Source of the DNA: a virus
Reading direction: 5' to 3' (one strand)
IMG/VR virus record: IMGVR_UViG_3300020185_000022
DNA length: 64,000 nucleotides
The notes below the pieces were generated by a model that saw nothing but the letters and a program-made list of their open reading frames with translations, was not told the DNA's origin and did not search any database. The position numbers were made by a program, and so were the translations under genes. Shown one piece after another: positions 44,715 to 53,658 of this stretch (positions within the stretch are counted from its first letter, which is position 1; each line of letters starts with the position of its first letter).

Positions 44715-45371
44715 ATGAGTATGACAATTGATCTAAATGATCAATCTTTAGACGCTAAGTCTGGATCTGATACACCTATTTTTAATAATGGTAAAGCAGG
44801 TCGAGTTAGTGTTACCTGCAGCGTGCAGAAAAGACAACCAAACGAAGCTGATAATCAGCCTAACTGGAAGTTTTATATGCGTGATGCAAACGGAGCTGAA
44901 ATCTCTGAAGGTTTTTACTACCAAACTGACCCTGAAAAAACTTGGGCTCTTACCAAGCAGATGAAGTCTTTGCGTCACATTGCTAAGTGTTATCTAGGTG
45001 AAGACTATGTCTTTCCTAGTTACGAAAGTGCAATTGAGATGCTGGATAACATCATGAGTCAAGTGGGTGGAGTATGTAACGGCAAAGCAATGCGCGTTTT
45101 CGTTAACTACGGAACCTCTGGAAATGAAGACAAAGGAATCAAAGCTAAACCTAGCAGATTCCTTAAGCTTAGAAATTTTACTCCTTTTATCGAGAACGCT
45201 TCTCGTGTAACTGAGGATAACTCTAAGTTGACAGACTCTGGAATCGAGATACTCGAACGTCCACAGATGGATGAAACCTCTGGGACTGCAGTTGATATGT
45301 CAGCTTCTTTTGGAAACACAGGCAGTGAAACCACTGTTAATGCTCCAACTGAGGACTGGAAAGTCGACTAA
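44715..45371 (+). CDS. Hypothetical protein (possible ssDNA-binding protein; weak guess from context)
   Basis: 218 aa between the ATPase and the primase, ending in an acidic/aromatic C-terminus ...APTEDWKVD. Confidence 0.45.
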   Translation: MSMTIDLNDQSLDAKSGSDTPIFNNGKAGRVSVTCSVQKRQPNEADNQPNWKFYMRDANGAEISEGFYYQTDPEKTWALTKQMKSLRHIAKCYLGEDYVFPSYESAIEMLDNIMSQVGGVCNGKAMRVFVNYGTSGNEDKGIKAKPSRFLKLRNFTPFIENASRVTEDNSKLTDSGIEILERPQMDETSGTAVDMSASFGNTGSETTVNAPTEDWKVD

Positions 45372-45688
45372 GAGCAGAATTGCTCGCTTGCTGTAGAGGG
45401 ATGGTTATCACTGTGCCTCGTCCCCTGAAAGGATGGAGGCATAAATAACTACCTTTACGGTAGGCAAAAAAAGTAGTTTATCTTCAACCAAGTCGTATGG
45501 GAAGGTAAATTTCAAAGATGGAGGAAAGCGGCTGTTATACCTTCATACCAACATAAGTGCTGAGTAGTTACTGGATGGAGATAGCTGTAAAGTCTCTAGA
45601 GCTCTCACCACCATCAGTCTTAATGAAGGCTGATAGTGAGAGAGTTCTAAGCCCAGTAACTACTTTGGCACTTTTTTATTTCATAACT
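45372..45688 (+). other. ORF-free structured region upstream of the primase gene (candidate origin or regulatory RNA)
   Basis: A perfect 12-bp inverted repeat AGTAGTTACTGG (45563-45574) / CCAGTAACTACT (45653-45664). A second stem is GTATG..AAGGTA / TACCTTCATAC (45495-45507/45537-45547). The motif GATGGAG occurs three times (about 45432, 45516 and 45574). Confidence 0.45.
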
Positions 45689-46738
45689 ATGGCAATAAAC
45701 TTAAACAAACTAGAGGATTATCCTTTGGCAACGAAAGAGCTTGTTTTAGAGCGTTTCGACTCTTATCAGATCTTCAGGTATTACTTAGGAGATTTCGAGC
45801 CAGGAAGGGCCTTTATATCGCCTCTGAGAAGAGAATCAAAAAAAAGTTTTAATGTCTATTTTAATTCTGACAAGAATCAACTTTATTACATAGACTTTAC
45901 TATGGACATACATGGTGATGTCTTTGACTTTGTGATGAAGAAATTTTCATACAATTCTATAGCAGATGCTATAGCTCATGTATGTTTGGATTTTGGAATA
46001 CAAGACCTGAAATATAAAAATAAAGGCTCAGTTGAAATGACTAGGTCTGACCATAAGATACTACAAGCAACACTCCCTAAAAAAATGTCTATTAAGATAC
46101 CTAAAAAGGTACTTAGTATAACCAAGAGAGAGTGGAATAAAAGTGACGCAGCTTATTGGTACCCTTTTGGAATTAGTAGGGATACTTTAGACTTTTTTAG
46201 AGTTGTCCCTATTAAACATTATTTTATAAACAATAATGTTTATGGAGCAGATATTCTGTCGTATGCATATCGTGAATACAAAGATGGTGTACTTACCATA
46301 AAAGTTTACCAACCTCATTCTGTGTATAGAAAGTGGATTAGTGGAACTCAATATGACGTATGGCAAGGATGGAGTCAACTTCCTAGAGAGGGTGATATGG
46401 TAATACTTACTAAGTCTTTAAAAGATGTTATGAGTATTAGGGAAGTTACTGGGATACCTGCAGTTAGTTTACAAGGTGAAACAGTTAACCCAAAGAGAAA
46501 TGTTATTGCTGAACTTCGTAAGAGGTTTAAGCATGTTATTGTTTTTTATGACAATGACATTAGTAAAGAGAAGAATTGGGGGCAAATAGCAGCAAAGAAA
46601 CTTTGTGATGAATTTGGGCTACCTTCTATTGTTATTCCTGCTAGACATCATTGTAAAGACTTTTCTGATCTTGTAAGATATATAGGAAGAAAGGAAGCAA
46701 AGCAAATATTAATTAATCAAATCAGTTCAGTAAAATGA
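45689..46738 (+). CDS. DNA primase (DnaG-like TOPRIM) with a Cys-less zinc-binding-domain remnant
   Basis: The track ORF starts at 45557; I prefer the ATG at 45689 (MAINLNKLED...). TOPRIM motifs: VILTKSLKDVMS ... AVSLQGE ... VIVFYDNDISKE. The N-terminal ISPLRRESKKSFNVY...YYIDFTMDIHGDVFDFVM aligns to CPFHxEKTPSFxV...YxCFGCGxxGDxIxFxM. Confidence 0.75.
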   Translation: MAINLNKLEDYPLATKELVLERFDSYQIFRYYLGDFEPGRAFISPLRRESKKSFNVYFNSDKNQLYYIDFTMDIHGDVFDFVMKKFSYNSIADAIAHVCLDFGIQDLKYKNKGSVEMTRSDHKILQATLPKKMSIKIPKKVLSITKREWNKSDAAYWYPFGISRDTLDFFRVVPIKHYFINNNVYGADILSYAYREYKDGVLTIKVYQPHSVYRKWISGTQYDVWQGWSQLPREGDMVILTKSLKDVMSIREVTGIPAVSLQGETVNPKRNVIAELRKRFKHVIVFYDNDISKEKNWGQIAAKKLCDEFGLPSIVIPARHHCKDFSDLVRYIGRKEAKQILINQISSVK

Positions 46739-47877
46739 GTAAAAATTCGACGAGGGAAATTACAACCTCAATGATTGGAAAAGAAGACTTGTTTAAGTCT
46801 TTAGCAGTTGCTAACGCAATAGGTGCGCCTATTTTGTTAGTTGGAGATCCAGGTGTTGGCAAGACTAAAGCAGTCTTGGAATATGCTGCTAGCATGTATA
46901 AAAAAGAAGATGGAACTCCTGACCATGAGAAAATTATGGAAAAGACTTTCATTTTAGAGACTGACGAGGGGACTCGTAGTGCTGAAGTGAAAGGACGAGT
47001 AAACATCAAAAAGCTTATCCAAGATGAGACCTTTGAAATGCTGTCTCCTATTGTTGACTCTGAGTTTGTAGTCATCAATGAGGTAGATAAAGCATCTGCT
47101 GCTGTAAGAAACAGCTTGCTTGGTGTTATGAATGAGAAAATTCTCTTCAATGGCCAAGAAAAGGTTGACTGTAAGTGGAAAGTTTTTGTTGCAACTTGCA
47201 ATGAGATTCCAAAAGACGAAGAAGGAAATCCATTTTGGGATAGATTTCTTATCAAGATTCGTGTGAACAGAGTTCTACGCGAGCAGCTTGAGAAATACTA
47301 TGCTGATGGAGAGAGAAAGTACGAGAAAGTCGTAATGTTTTCTTATCCTGAAACACAGATGGATCTAGACAAAGTTCGTCTCAATGACGAGTCTGTCAAG
47401 AAATTTCTTCATGAATTCTATACGAATCTCTCAGATAGAACTTTGACTTTCGTACCTACGCTTGCAAGAGCAATTTCTGCTGTGTATGGCATGACTTCAA
47501 ACCAAGCACTTGTAAAGACTGCTACATGGTTAATTGGAGAAAAAGAAGCAGGAAACTTTGGTAAACGTATTGTTAATCCTGTTGTCAATCAGATTATCTC
47601 TGATATTGACATGATGCGAGGGATGACAAACAGCGTTATCATGAATGAAAGCATTCGTAATATCAACGAAGCTGTGGCTAAAGGTAAAGCTGATGGTCAC
47701 ATAACTTCATCTGATATGGATGAAATCATTCACTCTGTAAATAGTCCTATTCATGGCAAACATCCTAAGGCAGCTGAATTCAAGTTTATGTCTGTTGGAG
47801 CTGATTTTAGTGGAGCAGAAAACGCTGTATTAGAAGAAGCAGAAGAAAGCATTGGTGAATCAGATTGGTTTAACTAA
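46735..47877 (+). CDS. AAA+ ATPase, MoxR/RavA-like
   Basis: Walker A LLVGDPGVGKT, Walker B FVVINEVDKA, sensor-1 VATCN, plus DRFLIKI. There is an ATGA overlap with the primase stop. Confidence 0.75.
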   Translation: MSKNSTREITTSMIGKEDLFKSLAVANAIGAPILLVGDPGVGKTKAVLEYAASMYKKEDGTPDHEKIMEKTFILETDEGTRSAEVKGRVNIKKLIQDETFEMLSPIVDSEFVVINEVDKASAAVRNSLLGVMNEKILFNGQEKVDCKWKVFVATCNEIPKDEEGNPFWDRFLIKIRVNRVLREQLEKYYADGERKYEKVVMFSYPETQMDLDKVRLNDESVKKFLHEFYTNLSDRTLTFVPTLARAISAVYGMTSNQALVKTATWLIGEKEAGNFGKRIVNPVVNQIISDIDMMRGMTNSVIMNESIRNINEAVAKGKADGHITSSDMDEIIHSVNSPIHGKHPKAAEFKFMSVGADFSGAENAVLEEAEESIGESDWFN

Positions 47878-49313
47878 TGTCTCAATTAACAGAATACAAA
47901 ACTTCTTGGGTAACTGAGAACGATGGTTTTCACGATTGGGACTTGATTTCACCTCATATTGACAGAAGAGACTCTGCTGTCCTTTGTAGGTATGTCAAAG
48001 ATTTTTCTTTTAATAGAATTAGAGAAGAAGAAAAAAGGCAAGTTACAGAGGAAGAGAGTGCTATGATAGAGAATTTCGCAGATAACTTTATTAGAGATAT
48101 CTACAGTCTTTATGTCAACCCATCATCTAAGACTAAGTTCAAAGAAGACATCACTGGGAACGAAATGAAACAAGAGTTACTTCAGGACATCTATAACTAT
48201 TATGTTAAGATTCCTTCTGAAGGCAACACTATGTATTCAGGAGTTCTTACTGGTTATATCACTTCTGAGATTCTTAAGCTTATGAAACAACATGCTGACA
48301 AGCAAGATAATCCTGGACAATGCATGCAGGACATGGCGTCTTTTATGCAAGGTGGAGGACAAGGTGATGGTTCAGCAGGTGAGCAAGCTTTGAAAGAAGC
48401 TTTGAAAGATAAAGTAAAACTTCAAGATGTAGCATCCAAAGCTTCTCAAAAAGCTACGGAGCAAATTCAAGACTTGGAAGGTTCTGGTATGTCTGACGCT
48501 ATGGCAAATAGTGATGACAGTCAACAGAAGAAAAGTCGAGGAGTTGGTACAGTAATGCAAGAATTAGCAGATCTTATGCAAATGAGAGATGCTATTTCTG
48601 CACTGTCTGTAGCTAGAGGTCAGATTGCTGACTCTTTAGAGAAAATCTTGAAGTATAGTTATTCTTATTTTTCGAGGAGTTCCAAAGTGGAAGAATACGA
48701 TCTATTGGATGCAGAGGAATTAGACCAACTTGATGGTCTAGAGAATCTTCTTCCAATCTTAAAGAAGGTCAGCATTGCTAACATCACTTCTTTAGAATAC
48801 AAACCTTTAGGAAAGGTAGATTTTTATATTGACTGTTCTGGCAGTATGAGTAGAAATACTAATACTGATAGGGGCAGAAGATTAGGAGATTTTATCATTG
48901 CTAAAGGTCTAGCAATTAATCTAATGCGCTTGAATCTTTCAAGAGAAATTAGATTCTTTGCAAGTCACTTATTCCCAGACATAATTACTGACGCTGTCAG
49001 TTTGATGAAATGGAATCATTCTGGAGGTACCAGTATCGACACTGTAATAGAAGAAATAAACAATACAGGAATGAACAGCATTGTCTTAACTGACGCATGT
49101 TGTCCTATTAATGTTTACTCTTCTAAATGTTTCTTTATATGTATCAATATGGCTCTTGGAGCTAGTGGATACTATAGAAGCGCAGGAGATGCTGCAGCTA
49201 TAGAAGCAAAATTCTATGACAACGGACAAGTATTTGGTTATCAACCATCTACTGGCGAAGTCAAATTAGCACTTAATAGAGCACACTGCGAAGAGATAGT
49301 GAAACGTCGTTAA
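47877..49313 (+). CDS. von Willebrand factor A (vWA) domain protein, partner of the MoxR-like ATPase
   Basis: MIDAS motif DFYIDCSGSMS, later GGTSID and LTDA. There is a TAATG overlap with the ATPase gene. Confidence 0.7.
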   Translation: MSQLTEYKTSWVTENDGFHDWDLISPHIDRRDSAVLCRYVKDFSFNRIREEEKRQVTEEESAMIENFADNFIRDIYSLYVNPSSKTKFKEDITGNEMKQELLQDIYNYYVKIPSEGNTMYSGVLTGYITSEILKLMKQHADKQDNPGQCMQDMASFMQGGGQGDGSAGEQALKEALKDKVKLQDVASKASQKATEQIQDLEGSGMSDAMANSDDSQQKKSRGVGTVMQELADLMQMRDAISALSVARGQIADSLEKILKYSYSYFSRSSKVEEYDLLDAEELDQLDGLENLLPILKKVSIANITSLEYKPLGKVDFYIDCSGSMSRNTNTDRGRRLGDFIIAKGLAINLMRLNLSREIRFFASHLFPDIITDAVSLMKWNHSGGTSIDTVIEEINNTGMNSIVLTDACCPINVYSSKCFFICINMALGASGYYRSAGDAAAIEAKFYDNGQVFGYQPSTGEVKLALNRAHCEEIVKRR

Positions 49314-49328
49314 GTGTTATATTTGTGT

Positions 49329-49847
49329 ATGGAAAAAGAACTACTGTCCGTTACAATGGACAAGTTTCCCACACACGTACCTTTAAACAAGAAACGAAGT
49401 AAATGGATGAAGATTGGTTTTAACCGTATATACTCAGGCATGAATTTCCACTTAAGAAATTTAGTGGTGTCCCACATGCACGAGTACATCAGCAGTTGTA
49501 TACCTGCTGGGGTTAAACCTCTTCGTCCAGGTCTTCGTTGTAAGTTAATTGTCAAAGTTCCTAAAAATTTTGGCAACATCAGAAGAGTGAAAGGAAAGTT
49601 ATCGTGGAAGAAACCACCTAAAGATCATCGTCCTAATTGGGACCTTGAGAATCTAGCTAACATATGGATTAAGTGCATTAATGATACGTTAGTTGGCAGG
49701 GAGGTTATACCTGACGATACTGTGGGAGTGATAAGTGGCATTAGCTATGAATTTGTTGAATGTGAGGAGTTCGAAGATAGAGAACTCGTCTATAAAATTT
49801 ATGAGCATGTCAATGATGAAAAGAGTTCTCGACAAAATGATGTTTGA
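49329..49847 (+). CDS. RusA-like Holliday junction resolvase candidate
   Basis: The track ORF starts at a GTG at 49314; the first ATG is at 49329. NWDLENLANIWIKCINDTLVGREVIPDDTVGVI resembles the RusA core (rDlDNl.Ka..DaL.......DD..V). Confidence 0.5.
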   Translation: MEKELLSVTMDKFPTHVPLNKKRSKWMKIGFNRIYSGMNFHLRNLVVSHMHEYISSCIPAGVKPLRPGLRCKLIVKVPKNFGNIRRVKGKLSWKKPPKDHRPNWDLENLANIWIKCINDTLVGREVIPDDTVGVISGISYEFVECEEFEDRELVYKIYEHVNDEKSSRQNDV

Positions 49848-49906
49848 GAACATGACAGAAGACCAAGCTATGAGAGCTGTGGGCTTCGAAGTAAATAAAA
49901 CTAGGA

Positions 49907-51088
49907 ATGAGAAAAGTGCTGACAAAAGAAAGCGAGATCAGAAAAGTGGTGGAGAAGAGACTTCTTCAAGCAAAAGAGTATCGCAAAAACGTAGGAGTAA
50001 ACCAAAGTCGCCTCAAGAAGTTGAGGATTCATCCTAGATATTATAAGAATTATTCGAATACTATAGAGATACCATCTATTATCCCTGAACATTATGTGTT
50101 TGGAAGTCTATTAGACTTTTGGGTAGTAGATTGTTTTGAAGTAGATGACGAACAACTCTTAAAGGCTCTTATGGAGTATGAATATGTTGAGTATAATGAG
50201 CTGCTCAACGGTCCCATACCAAAAGAGAATACTGTGCCTAGAAAATTACTAGATGAACTGTTTGCAGAAAACTATGTTAATGGAGACTTAAAAGACTCCA
50301 GTCAATATACAGACGCAGACTGGATCAATTATCTAGCTAGGAAAAAGGCATACGGTAATCTTAAAGACCTAACCAAGTTACAAAAGATTAAACCTTATCT
50401 TGGTTATTTCGATTTTATAACTGCAAATAGCGATAGTAGGATCATAACTCCAAAAGAAGTTTCACGAGCTCTTGAAATGCGAAGGTTGATATTTACAACT
50501 GGACCTTTTAAGATTATGATAGATGATCTAGATGTTAATATTTTTCCAAAAACAATACTGGAACATACTACTCCAGGAGGAACAAAATGCAAGGCAGAAT
50601 TAGACTTTTTATTAACAAGTGTTAGTAAAGGTTCTTGCAAAGTGTTGGACTTTAAAACTACTTACGAATACGAAAGTAATTTTAAGACACAGTTCTGGAA
50701 AAATGAGTACGCATTTCAATCTGCTTTTTACTCTTGGATACTTGTATCTATATTAGACGTAAAGGGAAAAAGCATTACGACAAGAGAAGTTAAGGAAGAA
50801 GAGTATCTTGTGATAGGTACTTATTCTAACATTGACTCTCCTGAATTTTTGGTCGCTAGCAAAAAACATGGAACTAATGGGTACAAATGTGCTCCTACAT
50901 TATTTTCTGTGTCTGATAAAGTTAATCGTGAGCTTATAGGTTATGATCCTATGCGTGAAAGATTGGCTAGTCGTGGTTATAAATCTGTAATTGAGTCTAT
51001 CGAGGACTTGGAATATCATAACGCCTTAGGGAGTTTTGATGAACCAGCTGAGGTACTTAGGTCAGGTAAAATAACTATTCATAACTAG
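49907..51088 (+). CDS. PD-(D/E)xK nuclease, RecB/Cas4-like
   Basis: Motifs AELDFLL, KVLDFKT (DxK) and QSAFY (QxxxY) appear in order. Confidence 0.6.
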   Translation: MRKVLTKESEIRKVVEKRLLQAKEYRKNVGVNQSRLKKLRIHPRYYKNYSNTIEIPSIIPEHYVFGSLLDFWVVDCFEVDDEQLLKALMEYEYVEYNELLNGPIPKENTVPRKLLDELFAENYVNGDLKDSSQYTDADWINYLARKKAYGNLKDLTKLQKIKPYLGYFDFITANSDSRIITPKEVSRALEMRRLIFTTGPFKIMIDDLDVNIFPKTILEHTTPGGTKCKAELDFLLTSVSKGSCKVLDFKTTYEYESNFKTQFWKNEYAFQSAFYSWILVSILDVKGKSITTREVKEEEYLVIGTYSNIDSPEFLVASKKHGTNGYKCAPTLFSVSDKVNRELIGYDPMRERLASRGYKSVIESIEDLEYHNALGSFDEPAEVLRSGKITIHN

Positions 51089-51089
51089 T

Positions 51090-51776
51090 ATGAACCAAAT
51101 ACATAAAGTAGCAATTAGTAAAAGAAAGTTTAATATGACATCAGACTTTGTTATGCCTCTATTGGGAATACCTGTAGATGTATTTAAGTGCAAAGTCAAA
51201 GACTCTTTTCAAAGAGTAGTCTTATCGAACCGATTTTACCAAGCATATATCTACGATGATATAGTTGATTCGTTTAGAGAAAAATGCGTCTTTGTGGTGT
51301 ATCACCAAATGCAAGACGTAGAGTTTTCAGCTTTCGAGAATACTTTGAAATCGTACCCTAACTTTTTAGCTAATTATGATATTGGAGATAGCGCATTTGG
51401 TTGTGCTGTATTCAAGATACCTCAAGAACATGAAGCTGATTATGAGGCTTACCTTAAAGGTAAGTGGAGTAATTATAGCGAGAGTGCTCGAGCTAAGTGT
51501 ATAGAGAACAGATTTACTGATTCCAAAACTTCCCAAATCATTGGACAAATATTTAGTCGCAGTGAAGTCTTAAGAGAAGGCTGGGAAAATAAGATGGACA
51601 TCAAACTTCCAGAAAATGCTGAAGTTTGGTCTAGTCCTAATCTTACTCCCTCTGAAGAGAAAGATACTGAAGGAAAATTTAAATCTGAAATTCTAGACAA
51701 TAGAGTAAGGGATTTACTAACTCCAATTGGAGTAAAACCATTAGCAGAAGATGAAACGAATAAAGACAGATCTTAA
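51090..51776 (+). CDS. Hypothetical protein
   Basis: 228-aa ORF. Confidence 0.5.
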   Translation: MNQIHKVAISKRKFNMTSDFVMPLLGIPVDVFKCKVKDSFQRVVLSNRFYQAYIYDDIVDSFREKCVFVVYHQMQDVEFSAFENTLKSYPNFLANYDIGDSAFGCAVFKIPQEHEADYEAYLKGKWSNYSESARAKCIENRFTDSKTSQIIGQIFSRSEVLREGWENKMDIKLPENAEVWSSPNLTPSEEKDTEGKFKSEILDNRVRDLLTPIGVKPLAEDETNKDRS

Positions 51777-52533
51777 CTTTTGGCGTAAACAATTAGGTAA
51801 AGGGTGGGCTGATGAAGTCTACCCTTTATTGATTAAAGACGCTAATTATTTAGGTAGCGGTATGACATATGCTGATTACTTGATATCAAATATAGAAGCA
51901 GATAATAGCAATAACATTACTATGTCTGAACCTTCTATGGGTGTTATCTTTAAGGCTTTTCGTCTAACTCCTTATGGTAGTTTAAAAGTACTTGTCTTTG
52001 GACAAGATCCAGACCACAATGGTTTGGCGAATGGACTTGCATTTGGTAATATAGAAAACGATCCTAAAGATCCAGACTATATACCAACTGCAGTTAGTTC
52101 GAATCTTAGAAAAATAGAAGAAGTGGTTGTGGATATGTATAATGATGGAGACGATGATGCATTTATTCCTTTCGACTATACTTTGGAGTCGTGGGCTAAG
52201 CAAGGGGTTTTACTTCTTAATGCTGCTTTAACTATAGTAGGAAGTCAACCTAACAGTAGAGCAGATTTATGGAAACCTTTTACTGATGCAATTGTAAAGA
52301 CTATTCATGATTACGATACTGGTGTAGTTATTATGTTATGGGGAAAAAGAGCTAATGCTTATGCAGATAAGTTTGGCATTATAACTCCTCATCATGTACT
52401 TACTTCAGAGCATCCTGCCCAAGCCCACAGGCAGAATAGAAAGTGGCTATGTAGTAATTTTCAAGAAGGTAATAACCTTTTATTATCAATGAATAGAGAG
52501 ACCGTGCAATGGGCAATGGTATCTCTAAAATAA
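51751..52533 (+). CDS. ung: Uracil-DNA glycosylase, family 1 (UNG-like), atypical GQDPDH motif
   Basis: VLVFGQDPDHNGLANGLAFGN (motif A), GVLLLNAALT (Asn motif) and SEHPAQA (His motif, compare HPSPLS). Confidence 0.75.
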   Translation: MKRIKTDLNFWRKQLGKGWADEVYPLLIKDANYLGSGMTYADYLISNIEADNSNNITMSEPSMGVIFKAFRLTPYGSLKVLVFGQDPDHNGLANGLAFGNIENDPKDPDYIPTAVSSNLRKIEEVVVDMYNDGDDDAFIPFDYTLESWAKQGVLLLNAALTIVGSQPNSRADLWKPFTDAIVKTIHDYDTGVVIMLWGKRANAYADKFGIITPHHVLTSEHPAQAHRQNRKWLCSNFQEGNNLLLSMNRETVQWAMVSLK

Positions 52534-52543
52534 TACACTAAAT

Positions 52544-53326
52544 ATGAGCAATACAGTAAGTAAAGCATCAATAACAGACGATGCGACAGCCCTAGAAGCA
52601 GGAGTAGTACATGAACAAGGAGAAAAGGAAGTAGATTTTAGAATTTCAGAAGCTGATATAAATGAGCTATCATTAGATCAAATTAGTGAAAGACTTACTA
52701 CTATTCCTATGGTAGAAAAAGTAGGAGTTCCTGTCTTTAACTTTCATAAAATTCCTGAAGTTTTGTTGGCTAATAGGATTCCGTTTATCAAGACATACAA
52801 TAGAGAAATGTTTAATGTAATTCTTCCTTATGTGGAGACATATGCTAAGCGCCTATACTCTGATAATATAGTAAATAAAGGCATTGTGAAAGTGTTTTCA
52901 GGTATTGGGTTAGATTACCCTAAAGAACACTCACAAGAAGTCTTTGATCAGACTAAAGATTTTCTTGGGCTGTATAAAATCGCAAATGCTGAAGGACTCG
53001 ACAAAGGTCAAGAAGACTATCTAAATAAATTCATCTCTGCTCTAAACAAAGAACAAGAAGAAGGAAGTCCTTTAGGCCAGCTAATCCAAAACCTTTTACC
53101 TACTAGTACAGGAATTGATGACTGGTCTGCTATGAAAGATTCTGCGAATGAATTAATGGATATGGTCATTTCTACTATGCAATTTGTTGTGCCAAAAATT
53201 AAAGAGGAAGGAAGTAATCTTACCATGAATTACGATGATCCTGCTCTTACTGTAGGCATGTTTATCTCTAATAGTAAACGTAAGTTTGCTTACTATGTAG
53301 TTGATCATGAAGCAAAGGGCCAATAA
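52544..53326 (+). CDS. Hypothetical protein
   Basis: 260-aa ORF followed by a terminator. Confidence 0.5.
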   Translation: MSNTVSKASITDDATALEAGVVHEQGEKEVDFRISEADINELSLDQISERLTTIPMVEKVGVPVFNFHKIPEVLLANRIPFIKTYNREMFNVILPYVETYAKRLYSDNIVNKGIVKVFSGIGLDYPKEHSQEVFDQTKDFLGLYKIANAEGLDKGQEDYLNKFISALNKEQEEGSPLGQLIQNLLPTSTGIDDWSAMKDSANELMDMVISTMQFVVPKIKEEGSNLTMNYDDPALTVGMFISNSKRKFAYYVVDHEAKGQ

Positions 53327-53356
53327 GTGGTGGAACCATCACAAGATTGAAATAAA

Positions 53357-53396
53357 AAGAATAGTTCTCGATATGGGAGCTATTCTTCTTTTTTAT
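53357..53396 (+). terminator. Intrinsic terminator
   Basis: 13-bp stem AAGAATAGTTCTC/GGGAGCTATTCTT (2 U:G) followed by CTTTTTTAT. Confidence 0.7.
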
Positions 53397-53433
53397 ATAC
53401 TGAGTTTATTAATACACTTTATTTTCTTTTACG

Positions 53434-53658
53434 ATGGCTGATGTAAAATTATACAAGAATTCTGAGGGAATAGATTGCTATAAACTCAAACATCCTGATT
53501 TCGGTATTGTCTATTTCCAACAAAGATTTATGACAAGGAGACAGCAGGAGATGCTAATACAGCTTGCTAAAGTACAGAAAGCTGTAAATGAAGAGCCTGA
53601 CGATCAACAGTTAGGTAAAATAATCAGAAACTTAATTAACAATAATGAACAAAAATAA
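53434..53658 (+). CDS. Hypothetical protein
   Basis: 74-aa ORF. Confidence 0.45.
   Translation: MADVKLYKNSEGIDCYKLKHPDFGIVYFQQRFMTRRQQEMLIQLAKVQKAVNEEPDDQQLGKIIRNLINNNEQK

Noticed and set aside
46722-47255. 177-aa minus-strand ORF. Similar plus-block shadows are 54511..54978, 44218..44418, 44748..45334, 43433..43876, 36383..36712, 37370..38133, 32274..33460, 33545..34321, 49310..49579, 49689..50092, 49735..50037, 50404..50640, 51366..51700, 51982..52203, 53017..53226 and 56891..57118. Plus-strand shadows inside the two minus-strand giant genes are 58430..61138 (five ORFs) and 63396..63715 (two ORFs).
   Set aside because: They overlap genes with clear catalytic motifs (AAA+, PolA, vWA and others) or well-packed operon ORFs. 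No independent signals support them.
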